Shown: piece after piece, positions 18,454 through 22,936 of the stretch
Position numbering within the stretch: the first letter of the stretch is position 1
How the letters are laid out: the number at the start of each line of letters is the position of its first letter
NCBI GenBank assembly: GCA_964244895.1
Contig: CAXTKV010000066.1
Coordinates: 1-22,936 of the forward strand
Length of the DNA: 22,936 nucleotides
Reading direction: 5' to 3'
From: an uncultured Deinococcales bacterium
GTDB lineage: Bacteria; Deinococcota; Deinococci; Deinococcales; JAAFIG01
The notes under the pieces: generated by a model
What the model was told of the DNA's origin: nothing
Databases searched by the model: none
What the model saw: the letters and a program-made list of their open reading frames with translations, nothing else
Translations under genes and position numbers: made by a program

Positions 18454-19521
18454 TTAACTGATCGCCTGTTTCGGCGCGTTCGACAAGAACTCGAAGCCCG
18501 AATCCGTGACCAGCACCAGGTCTTCCAGGCGCACGCCGCCCTGGTTGGGCAGGTAAATGCCGGGTTCCACGGTCACGACGTTGCCGACTTCCAACACCGC
18601 GTCCCCGGCAATCTTGGAGAGCGTCGGGGCTTCGTGGATGGCTAGTCCGACGCCGTGGCCGACGCTGTGAACGAAGGCATCGCCGAAACCGGCGGCTTCG
18701 ATCACGTCGCGGGCGGCCTTGTCCACCTCGAAGCATTTCGCGCCGGGTTTGATTTTCTCGAGTGCAGCCTGATGCGCCTCGCGCACGACGCGGTGAATGT
18801 TGAGCATCTGCGCGCTCAGTTTCCCGACAGCGAAGGCTCGAGTGATGTCCGAATGGTAGCCGTGATACAGCGCGCCGCAGTCCACCGTCACCAGATCGCC
18901 GTCCTGAAGCCTGCGCGAGCTGGCCACGCCGTGCGGCATCGCGCCGCGTTCGCCGCCAGCCACGATGAACTCGAACCCGGCGGCTTCCGCGCCGCGCATT
19001 CGCATCTCGATCTCGAGTTGCAGCGCGACCTCGCGTTCGGCCCGACCGGGCACGAACATGTCTTGAATCGCCTCGAGCGCCTCGTCCGCGATGCGTGCGG
19101 CGCTGCGGATGGTCTCGATTTCTTGCGGGGTTTTCACGGCCCGCATCGGTTCGATCAACTCGTAGACGGGCACCAGCTTGGCTTTCCAGGCGTCGAAGAA
19201 CCTGGCGTACCAGCCGTACGGCAGGTCGTCCGCCTCGAAGCCAACGGTCGTTCCGTTGACGCGTTTGGCGGCCTCGTCGATCATTTCGGTCAGCCGCGCC
19301 ACGCCGGGTTGGTGCGTGATGTAGGTTTCCAGCCTGGATTCCTGTTCGGCCTGGACGGTGTAGCGCCCGTCCGTGTACAGAATGGCGTCGGTTTGCGTGA
19401 CCAGCACCTTGCCGTCGCGCGGGCTGCTGAAGCCCGACAGGTAGCGCACGTGTTCGGGTTTGGAAACCCACAGCGCCTCGAGCTTTCGGGCGGTCATCTC
19501 GCTTCTGAGTCGTTCGAGCAT
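18454..19521 (-). CDS. M24 family Xaa-Pro aminopeptidase/dipeptidase
   Basis: TDGRY, RAVKTPQEIE, AMPHG, VDCG...YHSDITR, HSVGHGVGLAIHE, TVEPGIY, GVRLED. Confidence 0.95.
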   Translation of the reverse strand: MLERLRSEMTARKLEALWVSKPEHVRYLSGFSSPRDGKVLVTQTDAILYTDGRYTVQAEQESRLETYITHQPGVARLTEMIDEAAKRVNGTTVGFEADDLPYGWYARFFDAWKAKLVPVYELIEPMRAVKTPQEIETIRSAARIADEALEAIQDMFVPGRAEREVALQLEIEMRMRGAEAAGFEFIVAGGERGAMPHGVASSRRLQDGDLVTVDCGALYHGYHSDITRAFAVGKLSAQMLNIHRVVREAHQAALEKIKPGAKCFEVDKAARDVIEAAGFGDAFVHSVGHGVGLAIHEAPTLSKIAGDAVLEVGNVVTVEPGIYLPNQGGVRLEDLVLVTDSGFEFLSNAPKQAIS

Positions 19522-19528
19522 TTGGGGA

Positions 19529-19537
19529 AGGTTATCA
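19529..19537 (-). promoter_or_regulatory. Extended -10 of a probable leaderless transcript (M24 peptidase)
   Basis: Minus strand TG-A-TAACCT 7 nt before the ATG, no SD. Confidence 0.55.
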
Positions 19538-19662
19538 CCGTGCGCGGGTTCATTCTGTGCCAGAACTGTGAATTCGTCGAAATATAAATTTCACGACCAG
19601 GATAATCGTGAAATGATTCATTTAATTGTGAGAGACGAAATGTCTGGCCTCGAGCCGATAAA

Positions 19663-19806
19663 AGACCTCTTGCGAAAGTCAGTCTCGAGAACGGTGTTGA
19701 CGCGAGGGCAACCATCAAGGTTGCCCCACAGGATGGGGTGTTGTCGGGGTAGCGCTTGTCCTTACCCTTCCCTCGAAACGTGTTCGATCACCTTCGCAGG
19801 AGGTCT
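19663..19806. mobile_element. MITE-like element (family B) copy 2
   Basis: 17-bp TIRs AGACCTCTTGCGAAAGT / ACCTTCGCAGGAGGTCT (15/17 complementary); internal hairpin GGGCAACC-N5-GGTTGCCC. Confidence 0.7.
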
Positions 19807-19809
19807 AAA

Positions 19810-19857
19810 GAACACCGTCCAGCACGCGTTTACGATTATGCGTGCTGGACGGTGTTC
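19810..19857. repeat. Dispersed palindromic element (family A)
   Basis: Perfect 18-bp arms GAACACCGTCCAGCACGC-N12-GCGTGCTGGACGGTGTTC, 12 nt after the ileS stop. Confidence 0.95.
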
Positions 19858-19869
19858 CCCAGCTCGAAC

Positions 19870-22800
19870 TCAGACCCGCTTCAAGCCGAACGATCCACCA
19901 TCCTCGAGATTGACCACGAAATCACCGGGCAGGGGAGACGCGAACTCGAGCTTTTCGGTGAGCGTTTCACCCGTCAGGTACGACTCGAATGCGTGAGCAG
20001 CGCTGAGCATTTCACCCTCGAGATTTGCGCGCAACTCGATCCGGTCGGACACATCGAAACCCGCGTCCTTTCGGGCCTGCTGCACGGCCCGCACGAGGTC
20101 GCGAGCCAGTCCCTCGCGCAACAATTCCGGCGTCAGCTTCGCGTCGAACGCGACCAGGAAGCCGTCCTGCTCGACTGCCGCCATGCCCTCCGGCGATTTC
20201 GCGTCTACCAGCACGTCGGCTGGCTCGAGATCGTACGAACCGGAATCCGTCTCGAGCGTGAAGGATTGACCGTCCCGAACCATCTTGGCGATCTGCGCCG
20301 CATCGCTTGACTCGAGCGCCTTCTTGATCGCCGGGATAGATTTGCCGTACTTCTTACCCAACGTCGGTAAGTTCGGTTTGAGCGCGTACGACACGAGGCT
20401 CGCGCCATCCTCCAGGAAGCTGACTTTCTTGACGTTCAGCTCCTCCTCGAGCAGATCTGTGAATCGCGCCAGGGCTGCGTTCGCGTCTGCGGTTCGCGCC
20501 CGAACCATGACTTCCGTCAAGGGCTGGCGCGTCTTCAGGTTCGATTGACCTCGAGCTGCACGACCTAAATCCACGACGCGCAGCACGGCGTCCATCTCGA
20601 GCACAAGCTTCTCGTCAAATTTCGCGGCATCGAATTCCGGCCAGTCCGCCAGGTGAACGCTGACCGGAGCGCCGGAATCCACGCTCAGCACGAGGTTTCG
20701 GTACAAGGCTTCCGCCAGGAACGGTGTGAGTGGCGCAGTCAACTTGGAGACCGTCACCAGGGCCTCGTAGAGCGTCGCGTAGGCCGCGTTGTCCACGCCG
20801 CCATCGCCGCCCCAGAAGCGCTTGCGGTTGCGGCGCACGTACCAGTTGGACAGTTCATCCACGAACGCCTCGAGGGCACGCCCCGCGCCCCTGGCGTCGT
20901 AGCTCTCCATGCCGTCCGTCACGAGCTTCTTCGTCTGCTCGAGCCTCGCCATCAACCAACGGTCGATCTCTGGCCGATCCTCGAGCGCGGGTGGGTTGCT
21001 CAAGTCCGGTTTATCCAGATTCGCGTACAGCACGAAGAACGAATACGTGTTCCAGAGGGTGTTCACGAATCCGCGCTGCGCTTCGGCCACCAACCGCTCA
21101 GAGAACCGTTTGACATCACCGGGTTCGGTCGCGGTGAACATGTACCAGCGCACGCTGTCCGCGCCGTACTTGTCGAAGGCGGGCAGGGGTTCGACCACGT
21201 TGCCCAGAGATTTGGACATCTTCTTGCCTTTTTCGTCCACCAGATGCCCCAGGCAGATCACGTTTTTAAAGCACGGCTGGTCGTACAGAAGCGTGCTGAT
21301 CGCGTGCAGGCTGTAAAACCAGCCGCGCGTCTGGTCGATCGCCTCGCAGATGTAATCCGCCGGGAAGTGCGTCTTGAAGGTCTCGAGCACGTCCTGACTC
21401 TGCGCCACACCGTCGGCATCGAACACGAGGTGCCACTGCGCGTAAGGCATCGCGCCGGAGTCGAACCACACGTCCAGCACCTCGGGCACGCGCTTGAAGG
21501 TCTTGCCGTTTTTCTCGAAAGTCACGTCATCCACGAACGGGCGGTGCAGATCCAGGCGCTCGAGCGTTTGACCTGAAAGTTGCTCGAGTTCACGCACGCT
21601 GCCGACGCAGATTTTCTCGGTTCCATCTTCGGAGACCCAGAACGGCAGCGGCGTGCCCCAGTACCGCTCGCGGCTGATTGACCAATCCACGTTGTTCTCA
21701 AGCCAGTTGCCGAATCGCCCGTCCTTGATGTGCGGTGGAACCCAGTTGATCTTCTGGTTGGCCGCCGCCAGTTCCGCGCGTTTCTGGCTGGTGCGCACGA
21801 ACCAGGATCGCTTGGCGAAGTACAGGATCGGGTCGCCGGTGCGGTCGTGGAACGGGTAGCTGTGAACGATCTGACCAGCGTGGTACATCACGCCGCGTTC
21901 CTTCATGACGCGGATCAGGTTCTTGTCAGCGTCCTTGAAGAACTGCCCTTTTTCACTTGTGACCTGCATGATGCCGTTGACGTTCGTGCCGAAGCACAGC
22001 ACCGCGTCGTATTTCCTCGAGAGCTCCAGGTCTTCCGCGCCGTAGACGGGCGCTTCGTGCGCCAGCCCGGAACCGTCCGCGTCCGACACGAAATCGGCCA
22101 AAGCCACGAAGTGCGCCCGAGGTTGCTTGCTGCCCCGCGCCCATTTCTCGCCGTTCAGCTCGAGTTCCGCGAAGACTTCCGGGAAGGGCTGCTCGTACTG
22201 CCACCATTCCATCAATGCGCCGGGGAAGCGCGCCACGACCTCGAGCGGCGGTTGATCCTTGTACAGGTCATTCATCCGTTCGACCGCGCCCGCCGCGACG
22301 ACCACGTGACCCTGCGGCGACTTCGCCAGCACGTACTCGAGTTCCGGGTTGACCGCCGCCATCGTGTTGGACGGGAGCGTCCACGGCGTGGTCGTCCACA
22401 CCACCAGCGCGGGATTCTCCAGGGATTTCAGGCTCACGCCCTGACGCTCGAGTTCGGCCTGAAGCGCGGCTGGCGTCGTCTCGAGCTTGACCGGGAAGCG
22501 CACGTAGACGCTCGGGTCGGGAACGTCCCTGTACCCGTCCGCGATCTCGTTGGCGGAAAGCGTGCTGCCGATGCGCGGGCTGACGGGCACGACCTTGTAA
22601 TCCTGCTCGACAAGCCCTTTCTCCCAGAGCCGCTTCAGGAGGTTCCAGACGCTCTCGATGTACTCGTTCTTGTACGTCACGTAGGCATCGTCCAGGTCAA
22701 CCCACATCCCCAGGCGCTCCGTGAACTCGTTCCAGATCTGAATGTTGGCGAACACCGATTCGCGGCACAGGCGGTTGAACTCCTCCATTTCCGCGCGGCT

Positions 22801-22936
22801 CGCGCCGTGGTTGCGCCCGGACAAGCCCAGTTTCTTTTCGACCGCGATCTCGACGGGCAATCCGTGCGTGTCCCAGCCGCCCTTGCGGGTGACGTGAAAG
22901 CCCCGCATGGTCTTGAATCGCGGGAACAAGTCCTTG
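19870..22936 (-). CDS. ileS: Isoleucine--tRNA ligase, type 2; 5' end lies outside the window
   Basis: GWDTHGLPVE, WTTTPWTLP, DWSISRERYWGTP, DVWFDSG, DQTRGWF, KMSKS; no C-terminal Zn finger; frame stays open to the window edge. Confidence 0.98.
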   Translation of the reverse strand, partial: KDLFPRFKTMRGFHVTRKGGWDTHGLPVEIAVEKKLGLSGRNHGASRAEMEEFNRLCRESVFANIQIWNEFTERLGMWVDLDDAYVTYKNEYIESVWNLLKRLWEKGLVEQDYKVVPVSPRIGSTLSANEIADGYRDVPDPSVYVRFPVKLETTPAALQAELERQGVSLKSLENPALVVWTTTPWTLPSNTMAAVNPELEYVLAKSPQGHVVVAAGAVERMNDLYKDQPPLEVVARFPGALMEWWQYEQPFPEVFAELELNGEKWARGSKQPRAHFVALADFVSDADGSGLAHEAPVYGAEDLELSRKYDAVLCFGTNVNGIMQVTSEKGQFFKDADKNLIRVMKERGVMYHAGQIVHSYPFHDRTGDPILYFAKRSWFVRTSQKRAELAAANQKINWVPPHIKDGRFGNWLENNVDWSISRERYWGTPLPFWVSEDGTEKICVGSVRELEQLSGQTLERLDLHRPFVDDVTFEKNGKTFKRVPEVLDVWFDSGAMPYAQWHLVFDADGVAQSQDVLETFKTHFPADYICEAIDQTRGWFYSLHAISTLLYDQPCFKNVICLGHLVDEKGKKMSKSLGNVVEPLPAFDKYGADSVRWYMFTATEPGDVKRFSERLVAEAQRGFVNTLWNTYSFFVLYANLDKPDLSNPPALEDRPEIDRWLMARLEQTKKLVTDGMESYDARGAGRALEAFVDELSNWYVRRNRKRFWGGDGGVDNAAYATLYEALVTVSKLTAPLTPFLAEALYRNLVLSVDSGAPVSVHLADWPEFDAAKFDEKLVLEMDAVLRVVDLGRAARGQSNLKTRQPLTEVMVRARTADANAALARFTDLLEEELNVKKVSFLEDGASLVSYALKPNLPTLGKKYGKSIPAIKKALESSDAAQIAKMVRDGQSFTLETDSGSYDLEPADVLVDAKSPEGMAAVEQDGFLVAFDAKLTPELLREGLARDLVRAVQQARKDAGFDVSDRIELRANLEGEMLSAAHAFESYLTGETLTEKLEFASPLPGDFVVNLEDGGSFGLKRV

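Noticed and set aside
21468..21480. ACACGTCCAGCAC in ileS as a family A arm
   Set aside because: It encodes the conserved VLDVW motif and lacks the full arm, so it is probably coincidental.

Overview
A GC-rich bacterial chromosomal window, most likely Deinococcota. This rests on a Deinococcus-type YbjN-like protein, a type 2 IleRS, several leaderless-style TANNNT-N5-8-start genes and heavy CTCGAG enrichment. Gene content, left to right: a membrane-anchored TPR protein; a minus-strand cluster of a Pro/Gln/Gly-rich exported protein, MoxR AAA+, DUF58 and four tandem membrane vWA paralogs, one with a degenerate MIDAS; a D-2-hydroxyacid dehydrogenase; an orphan Imm10-like immunity gene; an ABC-2 exporter pair; an OpgC-family acyltransferase; lepA; a two-component system; a YbjN-like gene; an M24 peptidase; and a 5'-truncated ileS. 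The most striking signals are non-coding. (1) A dispersed ~46-bp fixed-geometry palindrome (AACACCGTCCAGCACGC-N12-GCGTGCTGGACGGTGTT) occurs in nearly every intergenic gap and twice inside genes. (2) About 120 CTCGAG hexamers by hand count. (3) Two copies of a MITE-like element carrying REP-like hairpins. (4) An unannotated promoter, 34-aa leader ORF and terminator/antiterminator ahead of the ABC exporter. All calls come from reading the sequence only; no database searches were run.
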